In this document: positions 18,772-31,233 of the stretch, piece after piece | Position numbering within the stretch: position 1 is the first letter of the stretch | Layout: each line of letters begins with the position of its first letter | Assembly (NCBI GenBank): GCA_004431415.1 | Contig: QPMI01000133.1 | Location: forward strand, 62,001 to 126,000 | Direction of reading: 5' to 3' | From: Cyanophora paradoxa CCMP329 | Lineage: Eukaryota; Plantae; Glaucophyta | Length of the DNA: 64,000 nucleotides | Notes under the pieces: model-generated | What the model was told of the DNA's origin: nothing | What the model saw: only the letters and a program-made list of their open reading frames with translations | Database searches by the model: none | Translations under genes and position numbers: made by a program

Positions 18772-21700
18772 CAAATTTTGCGAGGGGTCGATTGCGTCCA
18801 CCACCTTTTTCTATCGATCCCCGATGCATATGCTATCGAGAAATTCCCGATGGCATCGATATCGCCAATCCCGATCGCGATGACGCTTGCGATGCTATCG
18901 AGCAAGTTCCCGATGCACAGAATAGGCACAAAACAGGGTACATCGCGGGAAAACGAGCTAGCTATAGGACTATGATAAGAATACATAAAGTTATGATAAG
19001 TTATGCATAGTTTGGGGGAAACTTTGGGGGAAAGATAAAGATTTATGCAATGGGATACTGAGGATTGGGATAAAGTTAGTGCAAAGATATGCATAAAGTT
19101 ATAAAAACTATGAAAGATTTATGCATATTGGCACTGAGGAGACTGAGAATTCAAGATAGAGGGAAGTGGCGAGACTGAATAAGATAGGATAATGTCGGAT
19201 TTAATTGGTGTCCAGTACCCACACACCGACCAACACAGAACAGGCCCAGGACGCGCACGGACCTGGATCATGGCGACGACCCGGACACGTGCCTCTTGGT
19301 AGAGCGCCTCGTCCTCCCACGTCGGATTCTCGACCAGCAGCGCCCGGGCGAAGCGGTTGTGCTCCCGCAGCAGCGTGCTGCGATCGCGATAAATATAATA
19401 GCTAGCTATAGCTAGCTATAGATATCGATATTGCGCTGCAAAGCTTTGTGAAAAAAGTATGCCTCACCTGATGACGCCCAGTAAGGCGGGGCTGGCGTTG
19501 CCTTCGGGGCTGCCGGTCAGTCGCTGCCTCCTGGCGCGGTCGGCGGGCCCCCCCATCGGCAGGCCTTGCGTGTTGAGCGGCGGCCCCACAGTCTGCGCTG
19601 AAGAGCCTTCCTCCTTAAGCAGACCTGAAGAGCGAACCCCGGACCATTAGACCATTTTCGATTCGACCCGCCGATTGAATCAATTCCAAACAAGACGGAC
19701 CGCCGGAGAAGGCCCGCACGGAGGCAGAGCGTTCCGCAGTCGCGCCGTACAGGGGTCCTCCGTCGATCCGGCCCGTCACGCCGTTCACGAACGCCCCTCC
19801 AGCCGTCAGCGGAGCGGGGATGCTTCCGTTCCGCGGCGCGCAGCGACCCGCCGAGTCGCACGCGTCGAAGAGATACAGAAGCGGGTCGGCCGTTGCGTTC
19901 GTCGCGAAGTCCGCGATATCCTGGGGCGGACGCTCAGCTATTTCTACGCGCCGCGGCGGAGGATGGCTATAGCTAACGTTGACGATGGCAACTCACCAAG
20001 GCGAGAAACTGCCACCACCCGGCGACGAAAGCGGAGGTCGCAGCTCCGCTCGCGAATGGCACGGCAGTCTGCAGAAGGCGGCTGGCGTTCTGCGCGCCGC
20101 GGCGCCCTCCGCGAGTGAGTATGGCAGATAACATTGCATTCTATGCGTATACGTATACGTATACGTACCGTAAGTGACGGGACGGCAGATGACGCCGGCT
20201 GAGCCGCTGATACACGACGGAAAGTGGCGGCTGTACACATAGCTAAGGGTCATGCGGCCGCGGGGGCGCCGGCGGGTCGACGTCACTGAGTCAGGGGCAC
20301 GCACGGGGAGGGCTCCAGCGGGAGGCGGGGCCCGCTCCCGTCTTGCAGAGGAAAGTAGCGCAGGGGCTCGCGCTCGCGGGCGTCGTGACAGCCTGTCCGA
20401 GCGCCGTGGGCGCCCATATGCATGGTACGATGCAGAAGAGCGCCACTGCCGTGAGCGCCGCCAGCCGCAGCTGCCCGTGCAAGACCCGGCCGCGGATAGC
20501 TAAAGCCGCGCATCTGCATACAGCTACAGCTGCAGGCTGCCGCCTAAGCCTAGGCCTAGGCCTGGCCATGGAGCGCAGCTGCAACGCGGGCCCGGGCGGC
20601 CGGAGATCAGCTGCAACCCATATCGATATCATAGTACATAGCTTCCGTACTAGGCCGCGCCAGCTGCACCGGACCGGACCACCGTGGCACTACCGATCAT
20701 CGAGGCGACCCGCCGCGAGCAAGGCGCGCGCGAGCGGGGCTCCCGCTGATCGTGAGGCGAAGCTCGCTATAGAAAGACTGCCGGCCGGCGGCGGACTCGG
20801 CGAGTTGTGGGACCGTCGACGCGATATCGATCGGCGTTGGACGCACGCGCACGCGCGCGGCCGCCGCGCGCGCGCGGCGCCTTCGGCGCCTCCGCGCCGC
20901 CGGTAACGGTAAACTTACTAGTTACGCAGCTACCGCAGCTACGTATTCACCGGCACCGTTACTACCGGTACCCCGGTACCCCGAATCCGCGATCGCGAGT
21001 CACCATTGACTCACCAATGAAAACAATTCACTTCAACTTCCGCACGCGGTTGGGGTACGTGAAGATTACGTCCTGGCGGGTACCGGACCACTACCGATCG
21101 CACATTAGCGCAGAACGTCTAGCGGAGGGCCTACTCGGATCGAGGCTACTCCACAATTAAAATAAAACATTTTTTAGTTGGCAATATTTTTCAAGTTTGC
21201 ACAATTTTCTTTCGAATTCGTATGCATTTTTTTGAGATATGCATGTTTTTTCGGGCGAAGTTTTTTGTAAATTACCGGCAATTTACCGCCGCAATATAAT
21301 CTACCCGCCACAGTCTCTAGACACCAGCTAGCACTGCGGCGCCCAGTCTGCGGGGGCTGCCCATGGCCGGCGCGGCGGCGTCCCTAGTACTGCGGGCCAG
21401 TCTGCGGCCACTGCCGGCCAGGGGGCGCAGCTGCAATCGTTCTCAGAAGGGTCTCCATCGTTCTCAAGAAGGGCGCCTCCTCACTCTCGAGCTCGCGCTC
21501 GCCGTTCTGCTGCGCATTCTCACCCCTCAATGTGCCCTCCGAGGCTCCCTCAAGGGGTCCTGGTCGCGATCGCCAACCGTACCCCCCCCCCACCCCTCCC
21601 CTCGTCCTCCTCGTACGTATACCCCTAGGCCTGGCCCTCGGGTCCAGCCTTGGCGGTCGACGTCGACGTCGTCCGAGGCTTCCCGGCCCCGCCGGGCCTA

Positions 21701-22335
21701 TATTGCCTCCTTCTAGGCTGCTTCTCGCCCTCGCCCTCCTTGAACTTATAATTAGGTCTTCCTCCCCTCCGGTCGTCCTCGACGTCCTCGACGTCCTCCC
21801 CGCCCTGCTGCTCCGAGGCCTCGCCCTCCTCCTCCTTGCATGATCCGATGATCATGAACTTAGGGCGCCTCCTCCGAGGCTCCTCCGGTCGACGTCTCCA
21901 TCTCCGTATGCATGGCCCAGTGGCCATGGGCCAGCGGCCTCAAAATCGAACGTTAACGAATTCAAAGCGACACAATTGCAGGCACGAATCCTTTGGCGAC
22001 GGTACATAACATCTGCGCATGCGCCTAAATCTACTGCACATATATCTATAAGCGGCTATTCGTCCTAATTATAATCTACAAGCGGCTATTCTGCACATGA
22101 AATCTGCGCCTATTTGCCATATTAAAAAGCGGCTACGTACATAAATCACAACGCCGAAAAGAGGTCGCAGCCAGCCAGCGCCCTCAGGCACTCCTCTACA
22201 TCTGCCCCGGCCCCCGTCCCGCGATCAGTCCCACACACAAGAAATTAAAAAGAGAGAGAGAGAGAGAGACCCCAGCCCCGGCCCCGCGCTTGGCGCACCA
22301 AGCACGAGCGCGAGCGCAGTCGCGGGCCCCCGCTC

Positions 22336-25300
22336 CTAGTACTCGTCGTCCTCGTCGTAGTCGTCCGCCCGCCCCTCCTCCTCCTCCTCCTCGTCCGCCC
22401 GGTCGTCTTCGAAGGGATCCTGGTCCCCGTCGCCCTCCTCCTCCTCCTCCTCGCCGCCCTGCTCCTCCTCTTCCATGTTGTCCTCGAACGGGTCGTCGTC
22501 CGCGCCATCGTCCTCCCCGCCCGCCTCCTCGCCCTCGAGCTCGCCCTCCTCCGGCCGGTCTTCGTCCTCGAACGGGCCGTGGCCCATCTCCTCCCCCTCC
22601 TCCTCCTCCTGCTCGCCCGCGTCCCCGTACCCCTCCTCCTCCTCCTGCTCCTCGGCCCGATCGTCGTCGAGCGGGTCGTCGTACCCCACGTCGTCGTCCC
22701 CTTCCTTCTCGCCGCCCTGCTCCTCCTCCTGCTCCTCCTCCATCTGCTCCTCCTCGAACGGGTCGTGATCGCCGGCCTCGTCCGCCGCCGCCTCCTCTTG
22801 CATCTCCTCCTCACCTTCCTGCTGCTGCCCCCAGTCCTCGTACCCCTCCTCCCCCTCCTCCTCGTCGAATCCCCACCAGTCGGCTTCGTCCTCCTCCGCG
22901 TCCCACCAGTCCTCGTACCCCTCCCCCTCCTCCTCCTCCTCCTCGTCGTCCTCGTCGTCGTCGAGCTCCAGATGCTCCCAGCCATCCTCCTCCTCATCCT
23001 CGTCCAGGCCGACCATCTCGTCCAGGTCCGCGTCGTCGTCCTCGCCGTCCTCGTCCTGGTCCCACTGCTCCAGCTTAGCTCAGCGAAGTCGTACACTGAG
23101 GCGTATGGGAGAGCGCGCACCGGGTGGATCGCCTCGTCGTCGTCGCTGCCCGCGCCCATCTCCCACGGCTCGCCGATCGCCGCGTGTGTCATCACGGCGA
23201 CGGAGGCGGGCCCGAGGCCGCGCGCCGCGCGCAGCTCGGCCAGGCGGGCGGCCCCGTCCCGCATTATCTCGTCTTGGGCCCCGCGGATGACGAGGCGGCG
23301 CAGCCCCGGGAGCGCCGCGATCGCCTCGAAGAGCCGCGCCATCACCGCGGGATCGTACCTGGGTACGCGCGTTTCAGCAGGGGAGGTTAGAACGGGGGGT
23401 AGGCAGGCACGCACGGCATGTTGCGGTGGGGTTCGAGGGAGAGCTCGTGAATTGACGTCAGGTTGCCTGCATGCGACGTGAGGGGTACACAGGTCGGGAC
23501 GTGCAGGATCGCTCCCCCCGCGCGGGGGGGGGGGGGGGGGGGGGACCGCGCACCTGCGATCCAAGGGATGTCTTCGTTCTGCAGGCGGTGCAGCGCCCTG
23601 GGGCCGAGCGAGAGCTTTCTGCGGTACCCCGGTTGGGCGGGGGTACAGAGGTCAAGGCCGAGAAAAGGGGGTATACGATCGCGACGCGCTCGAGCCGGGT
23701 ACAAAGCGCACTGGACGGAGGGGCCGATGGCGGCGCCGATGTGGCGGAGGCCGGAGCCGTCGGAGAGGAGGAGGGCGCGGGGCCGGAGGCGCTCGACGCA
23801 GGCCCGCAGCAGGTCCGCCGGGCGGCGCCCGTTCGCGAACCCCGGCTCCGCGGGGCGCTCGAACGCCACGTCTCCCACCTTCACCTTGCCGACGCGCAGG
23901 GCCGGCCCGCCGCCTGCGAGGTCCGAGGGGGGGGCGAGCTCCTCCAGCATCCGAAGGAGGTGGGCCTCGGTGCACGCCGAGGCGCTCCTGAGCCGCTCCA
24001 GCCTCGGGAACTGGCGAGAGAGAGAGGGCGATCCAATGAGAGCGGCGGAGGGGAGGGGGGGGCGGGGGGGAGGCAGGGGGCGGGAGAAGGAGGGGGGAGC
24101 GACCTCGCGGAGGAACGGGGCGGCCAGGGGTACGTCGTTCGTCTCCCTCCCGAAGTGGACGTGGGCGTCGAGCCTGAGAAACAAGGCTCGTGATGGGGGG
24201 GGGAAGCGAGGGGGTACGCAAAAGAACGCACTCCTCGATGCGGCTGGAGGGCCCGCCGAGCGATTTGATGGCGGGGAAGTAGCCGCGGCCCTCGCCCGGC
24301 AGCGACAGGCGCCGCAGCCCGGGGAAGCGCTCCGCGACGCGCAGCAGCCGCGCTGCGCGGCCGCAGGGGGGTACGAGTCAGCCGCGGCGCAGGGGGGTAC
24401 GCGTCGCTCGCCCGGCCGCCCGCTGGCCCGCGCACCGGCGCTATCAAAGGCCTCGGACCGCGAGCCGCGGAAGCGGGCGCCCAGCGCCCCGCGCTGGTCC
24501 CCGCTGCAGGCGGGCAGCCAGGGCAGGCGCTCGGGTACAGGAACCCGCCTGCCCGTCCGGTCCACACCCAGGACGCTGCGCTGAACCTGAACAGCGCCGT
24601 CAGCTCATCGAGGCCGGCGGAGGGGGGGGGTACGGGGTACGGGCGGGCCCTGAAGACGCGCAGCTCGAGGGCAACGACGCCGGGCAGGGGCGGCGGGCCG
24701 GCGCCCGCCCCGCCGGCGCCGGGGCGGCGAGCGCGGCGAGGCAGCGCGCGATCTCGGCGGCGACGGGGCCCGAGCCGGGGCGGGCGGGCCGGCGTCGGAG
24801 AGGCCACCGACGAAGAGGTCCAGCTGCAGGTGCGAGAGGCCGCGGAAGCGCGGCAGCGCCGCCAGCGCGTGCAGCGCCCACGGCAGCTGCAGCGCGTGCG
24901 CCCTGCGCCGCACGCTCAGCAGCGGCCGGCACGCGGGCGGGCGGGCGGGCGGGCGGGGGACGCGCCGGAGGTGGAAGGCGGACCAGAGGCGCGGGTCGGA
25001 CGCGAGGCGGCGCCAGCGGCGGCAGACGCGCCCCGCCGCGCACAGCAGCCGGTGCGCCTCCGGCAGCGCCCCCTCCGCCTGCCCCCGCTGCGTCCCGCCT
25101 CAGCCGCCGCAGGCACGGGGCCGGGGCCGCCGGCGCGGGGCGGGGCGGGCGGACCCTCACGGCGAGTTCGAAGACGTACAGAAGGACGTCGTCGGGCAGC
25201 GCCGCCTCCGCCGCTTCCGCCGCTTCCGGCCCCGCCGCGCCCTCCGCCGCGACGAAGACGCCCGTCCGCCGCTCCGCGCACCGCCGCCGCGCCCGCTCCG

Positions 25301-25962
25301 CCTCACCGATCGCCTCCCGCAGCCGCGCCCGCTCGCCCCGCGGCCCCGGCGCCCCCCGGCCCCCTCCGTCTGCACCGCCACGCTCGCCGGCGCCCTGCGG
25401 CGTCGTCAGCTGCGGGGCCGCGGGCGGGGCGCCGGCGCCGTCGCTGCGCGCACCGCAGGGCGGCCGGGACCTGGACCTCGGGGTACGCGTACGCAAAAGC
25501 GCCCCCGCCGAGGGCGCGCTCGGCCGCCAGCGCCGCCTCCGCGCGCTCGAGCGCGGCGCGCAGCTCCCCGACCTCCTCTTCGCCCTCCTCCTGCCCGGGC
25601 CCGGGCCCGGCGCCCTCGTCCGGCGCCTCGAACTCCTCGCGGCCGCGCTTCCGCCCGCCCAGGAGGCGCCCCGCGAACGGGACGCGCCGCAGGAGCGCCG
25701 TCGCGAGGCGGCCGAGGCGCCCGTAGCGTCCCCTGCGCGAGGGGCGCGGGAGGCGCGTGAGCGGGCAGCGGGCGCTGCGACACGGCCGAGGCGCTTCGTG
25801 CGCACTCGTCTGTCTGCATCCCAGCGACTCGCCGCTCCTCCCCCGCACCGCTTGTCGAAGGAAGCCCGAGCCGGGAACCGCCCAGGCCGCTGCGGGCGAG
25901 TTAGGGACGCGTCCCCGGCGATGCCACGCGGGCGGAGGCGCGCACAGCAGGTTCAGCGCCAT
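22336..25962 (-). CDS. Host F-box protein (multi-exon) with LRR-like middle and long acidic D/E tail
   Basis: ALPDDVLLYVFELAV (~25150-25200) then ARGVCRRWRRLASDPRLW; FPRLERL and LPGLRRLVI LRR-like segments; acidic ORF 22336-23016. Start codon and exon borders uncertain. Confidence 0.6.
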
Positions 25963-26296
25963 CGCTGGGGTGCCGGAGCCTGGATTCGACTTGATGGGAG
26001 CGTTCCTTTCCGCGCCCGCCGAGCCGCTGTAACCACCGCGCTGGAGCCGGTGCTGGGAACGCTATCGCTGAGCGTGGCCTGGGTGCAAGGTCGAGCGGGC
26101 CGTCAAACTGCCGGTCCGCTCTAGCTGTGGCGGCGCGAGCTCGCTGCCAGCCCCGCAGCGTCGCGTCAGCACTCGTGCTGGTGCTCGGACGCGGCCCGCG
26201 GGCCGATCGGTCAAGAGAAGCGGTCGGAAGGGGGGGGATCGGTTCCAGCGGGGTAGGGCAACCACTTGAGCAACCAAGCAATTTCAGAAGCCAGTC

Positions 26297-27628
26297 ATGT
26301 CGTTCTTGGGCCTTGCAGGCGATGACCGCGTGAAGAAGCTCGAGGACAGAGTGCTGCAGCTCGAGAACCTCGTCGAGACGCTGCGTGCGGAGGTCGACCA
26401 GCTCAAGGGCAAGAGTGCGTGGCAGGCGGCCTGCGCGCCCCGCGTGGATCGCGTAAAGCACTCTCTCTCCGTGCCTGGCAGAATCTGAGGCCCCGCTCTC
26501 CAGCCGCAGGCCGCGGACCGAGGCCTCGCCCGACTCCGCGCCCGCCGGTGCGTACTCGCGTGCGACGTATCGTTGGCTCGGAGAGGATCTTTCGTGCGCG
26601 CTGGACGTGCGCCCCGGCCGATCTGACACGCTCTTTTTTTCCGCCGACAGGTGGCGAAGAAGGACAAGGAGAGCAAAGAGGAGAAGCAGCCAGCGGCAGA
26701 AGGCGACGCCAAGAAAGACGATGCCGCCCCGACCGCGAGCACGGCACGTTCGCGTGGGCGTTTCGCGGGCGCCGGCGTTACTGACGTCCGCGGCCGATGC
26801 GCGCAGAAGCTCGTCATGAAGCCCCGCGGCAAGCCGGGCAAGCCTCGCGGCAAGCCGGCGGACAAGCCGGCCGGGGACGCCGCCGCGAAGCCCGCGGAAG
26901 GCGAGGCCGCCGCCGGCGAGGGCGCCGCGCCCGCGCGCCCCAAGACCGCGCCAGAGGCGAAGGATAAGAAGGATGCGGCGGAGAAGCCGAAGCGGCCCTC
27001 TACGGCCGGCGCGGTGCGCGCGGCCCCGCTCCGAGTGAAGGCCCGGGCGCCCGCCCACGCGGCGCCAGCGCAAGCCCGCGGGGCCCAAGCCGGCGGGGGC
27101 GGCTGCGTCCGCGGACGGAAAGCCCGCGGAGAAGGCGGCGGGCGAGGATAAGCCGGCAGCGGAGAAGAACGGGCACGGCAAGCAGGCCTGGGTCCGCCCG
27201 CCCCGCCCTCTTCTCTCTCTCCTTCTCCTTCTCCTTCCTTTCCGCTCACCCTCTACAGGTCCCGAAGAAGCCTGCGCCCAAGGCCGAGGGCGCCGCCGAC
27301 GGGGTACGCCTTTTCCTCCCTTTGCTTCCGGGGTGCCGGCCCGCAGGAGAAAGTGACCGCTCCCCCCCCCTTCTCCTCCAGGCTGCCCAGGTCACCAAGC
27401 CCGCCCGCGGGGTACGCTCTATCTCTTTCTCTATTCCGCGCCTTCAGATTCTCACGCGCCCCGCAGTCCACGGGCAAGGGCAAGACCGCGGCGACTGCCT
27501 CTTCCCCAAAGGTGCCCCCCTCCTGACCCCGCCGAGCACCTTGCCCCCCCCCACCCCTTGACCCGCTCCGTTTGCAGAAGGACGCCGCACCTGCGGCCAC
27601 GGAGGCGGCGGCAGCCCCCGCCAACTAG
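26297..27628 (+). CDS. Host coiled-coil plus K/A/P-rich low-complexity protein (multi-exon)
   Basis: DRVKKLEDRVLQLENLVETLRAEVDQLKGK, then KP/AA-rich exons with GT-AG introns. 5' end unresolved. Confidence 0.45.
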
Positions 27629-27866
27629 CTAGACTGGGTCGTGTGCCATGACGCCGCGTCCCGCACAGTTTTGCAGGCCGGCCCTCGGTCTGCTCCGGGC
27701 CGGATTTACAGTGTACTAGGCTAGGCCGGCCCCTGGTGCTCATATGCTCAGGAGGCCCCTTTTTGTTGTTGTGGATTCGCTGTACAGATGTAAACGTCGC
27801 ACTGTGTCGAGCTGCCGCGCCGGCCAGGGGCGCCGGCCAGTACTACGGGAGGGCTCAGGATGCGTA

Positions 27867-30545
27867 CTAGTGTATGCCGCCGTAGGAGCAGCGCGCTGCT
27901 CCGGCCGCCGCCGCCGCCGCCGCCGCCGCCGAGCGCGCCACCAGCTCCACCTGCGCCCCCGGGCCGTGCCGGTGGTGAGGCCGGCCGCGGGGCCCGGCCC
28001 CCGCTCTGGTGCCGGCCCGGGATCCGCCGGCGCGGCGCGGCGCGACGCGACGGGCCTAGCCTAGGCTCTAGATTCGGCGCGGCGGGCCTAGCTGAGGCTG
28101 GGCCCCGGGGGCCTGCGGTCCAGCCCCGCCCAGGGCGGCTAATCAGTGCGGCTAATCATAAGGGCTCCGGCGAAGGCCTCGGAAAAGGGCGCAGGGCCAA
28201 GTCGAGGCTGGGGCCCGGGGCCCGCGGCCCCGCGGCGGCGGGGCGGGGCGGAGCCGGGCCTTCAGCAAGGAAAGATCTCCCACGGGCCCCCGGCGGCGGG
28301 GCGGGGCGGGCCTAAAGCTAGAAATCTGGAGCCTGGTCTAGGCTTGGCCCAAGGGCGCGGGGCCAGAGCGGGCTGGGGCCCGTGCTCTAGTCCGACGGTC
28401 TAGATCTTCAGCGGCGGGGCGGGGCGGGCCCGGGGCGGGCGGGGCGGGCCCGGGGCGGGGCGGGGCGGGGCGGGGCGGGCCTGGATGGTGGTGTGGTCGA
28501 TCGCGTGCCGCGCGAGGAGGATCTCCTGCGCCTGCTCCAGCACCTCCCGCTGCCCGCGTACCCCCCTCGTCGGCGCCCGGGGGGGGGAGGATAGGGGGGA
28601 AGGAAGAAGAGGGGGGGGTACCTGGACGCGGCCCTGCTGGCCAGGCTCGGCCTCCGCCACTGCGCGACGGCCCCCGGCTCGATTCGAATCGAGAAGGGCG
28701 TACCCCTCCCCCGCCCGGGCGGGGGTACCCAGGTGCACGGAGAGGGCGCGCAGGTTGACCGCCACGCTCCACACGTGCAGGTCTGGCGGGGGTACGTGCG
28801 AGCGTGAGGGGAGAAGAAGCCCGCGCGGGGGTACAGACAAGAATCGCAAGCACCGTGGACCTCCGTCACGGACGCGATCTGCAGCAGGTCTCCCTTCACC
28901 GTGTCTGGGGGTACGGCGCAGATTGAGCGGAAGAAACAGAGTAGGCGGGGTACAGGATGAGAAGGTAGGGCGCACCGGGGGAGACGCCAGGGGGGGTAGC
29001 CTCCATCAGGACGGCGACGTTCCCCGTGAGGAGGGATACCGTCGCCGGGAGCACGAGCAGCAGAACCGCCAGCGCCGCCGCCGGGTCCACCTACAAGATT
29101 TTAGAGGGGGGAAGGAGGCAGAGGGGGGTACGGCTGCTCGCCTGGTGCCAGTGGGCGGCGAGGGGGGAGAGGAAGGGCCACGCGGGCCGGTAGTGGATCG
29201 CGAGGGCTACCAGCACCACCACCAGGCTCTGGGGGGTACGTCAAGATCTAGAGGCGGGAGGGCCTGGGCGGGGGTACGGGACGGCGGACCTGCAGGAGGC
29301 CGATGGGCCGGGGGTGCACGCAGTAGGACCCGGAGCTGGGGGGTACGTGAGCGCAGGGCAGGCGATCGCTTTGGACAGGGGTACGGGAAAGGGAGGGGGT
29401 GCGGTCGCGCCTGCCGTGGGAGTGCCGGGGCGAGGCGGCGGAGTCGAAGGGGGAGGGGCCGCCCCTCGCGTAGTGCACGTGTCCGACGCCGCCCTCCCGC
29501 CCGCTCTATCCCCGAGGCTCAGGGGTAAGCGAGATTCAGGGGTACGCGAGGCTCAGAGGGGATACGGTGCGCTCGCTCGCTCGCTCGCCTTGAAGATGCC
29601 GCCGAAGATGTGGTGCACGCTGGCGGGGTACAGGGCGTGAGGAAGGAGGGGGAGGGGGGCGGGGAAGGATTCGGCTCACCTGAAGAGGGACTGCCCGTGG
29701 AGGAGTACCCCCACGAGGGCAACGATCGCGAGGGAGGCTGAGGCGGCGATCGCCATCCATTTCGTGTCCCCCAGACCCCGCGGCTGGCGGAGGGGGGTAA
29801 GGGATTCGCCCGGGCCCGAGGGGAGGGGAGGGGGTGGGGAGCGGGCGCGCGTCGCTGATCATGAGGCGATGGACGGCGGTCCAGACGAGGACGCCCGAGT
29901 ACCCCCAGATGACGAGCACGCCCAGCAGGGCTGCGGGGGGATAAAGAGGGGTACGGGAAGGTGATCCTAGGAGGCGCGTGGGGGGTACGGCACCGAAGAT
30001 GATCTCGGCGCGGTGGAAGCCGTAGGACCAGCGGGCGGAGGGCGGCTTGGCGGAGAAGTACGAGGCCGCGAAGCTGCGTACCCCGGAACGCGTAGGTTCG
30101 AAGAAGGAGGGGGGGGGCAAGAGGGCGCGGGGGGGGGTACCTGATGGAGAGGGCGGAGAGGTCGGAGGCGAGGTGGGCGACGTCGGCGAGGAGCAGGAGC
30201 GAGCTCGAGAGGACCGTCCCCGAGATCTGAGGCGCCCGTCGGCGAAGGAAAGCGAGCAGGCGCGTGCGGGGCGCCCGGCGCGGCGCACCTCGACGGCGAC
30301 GGCTGCGGGCGAGAGGCCGGGCGCGCACGTGGGGTCAGCACCGGAGGGCTAGCCACGCGTACGGGCGGCGGGGCGCGGTCGGACCCGCGAAGAGGAGAAG
30401 CACCGACAGAAAGTTCTAGAGCACAGATCCGGAGCTCGCGATCGGGCCGCTGCGGCGCGTGCGAGCTCGAGTTCGAGCTGCCAGGCTGCAGCTGCGCATA
30501 CGCATGCGGCACGTCTGAATCTCCTGCATCCGCCGCGAACGTCAT
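27867..30545 (-). pseudogene. CDF/ZnT family cation efflux gene, copy 1 (possibly disrupted)
   Basis: LLADVAHLASD, SYGFHRAEI, VDPAAAL..LMEATP, DLHVW, HTTIQ|VE. In-frame TAG at ~30416 in the first TM exon relative to copy 2. Confidence 0.65.
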
Positions 30546-30666
30546 GGTCAGCGGTCAACCGAGCCTGGGCCGACGTCGGAGGTTAGCATATGCATAGTGG
30601 GGGGAAAATGCCGCATGCGCCCAGCGGCCAAGCAAATGTCGAACGATGATGAAATTGCTAAGGGCG

Positions 30667-31094
30667 GCTCGTCCAAGAACAGTTGCAACACGCTTTATAG
30701 ATATGCTAGCAAAAGCTATAGAATAGATAGAGATATGAATTCGCGATCGAAGCACACTACAAGGCCTAGGCTATCAATAGTAGATATACATCGGTACGTC
30801 GCATAACTTGAGTCATGTCCGATACTTCTACACTTAAAACGTACATCTATAAATATTCTCCCCGAGGCCGGGCCCGGGGGCCCGGGGGCAGCTCGTCCGG
30901 GAACAATTGCAGCACGCTTTAGACTAGCTCTAGCTATAAAATTGATAGAGATGTGAACTTTTCGGAAGCACACAATCAATAGATATCGGTATTCAGGCCC
31001 TACAAAATCAGTCTAAGTACTTGAGCAGTGGCCGATAATTCTACACTTCTAAACGTACGCGTACATCTATAAAATATTCTAGCAGCTCCGAGGC
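30667..31094. repeat. Diverged ~200-bp tandem duplication
   Basis: 30667-30868 and 30891-31094 share GCTCGTCC..GAACA.TTGCA.CACGCTTTA, GATAGAGAT, GAAGCACAC, TTCTACACTT, CGTACATCTATAAA and CCGAGGC in order. Confidence 0.8.
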
Positions 31095-31233
31095 TCGGGG
31101 CGTCCTCTCGCAGACTCTAGATCTAAGAGCCGGCGCCGCCCTCGTCTTCAGGGCCCGTCGAATCCTGGAGGCCTGGATCTGACTGGCCGTCGTCCTTTCA
31201 GGCCCGCTGGCTCTGCAGAGGGATCGGGGGGAT

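Larger units (their letters stand above)
1..18800. mobile_element. Endogenous Polinton-like virus (Preplasmiviricota), left end outside window, right end not resolved
   Basis: Intronless, tightly packed ORFs for MCP, two minor capsids, A32 ATPase, protein-primed PolB and rve integrase; GC visibly lower than the host DNA to the right. Right boundary placed after the last viral-looking ORF and approximate. Confidence 0.9.

Noticed and set aside
1-18800. Classical virophage (Lavidaviridae) or tailed prophage
   Set aside because: The 437-aa MCP is short for a virophage, no adenain-like protease is in view, and there are no terminase, portal or HK97 genes. PLV fits better, though phylogeny is needed.
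22336-23016. Stand-alone acidic protein gene
   Set aside because: More simply the last exon of the upstream minus-strand F-box gene.
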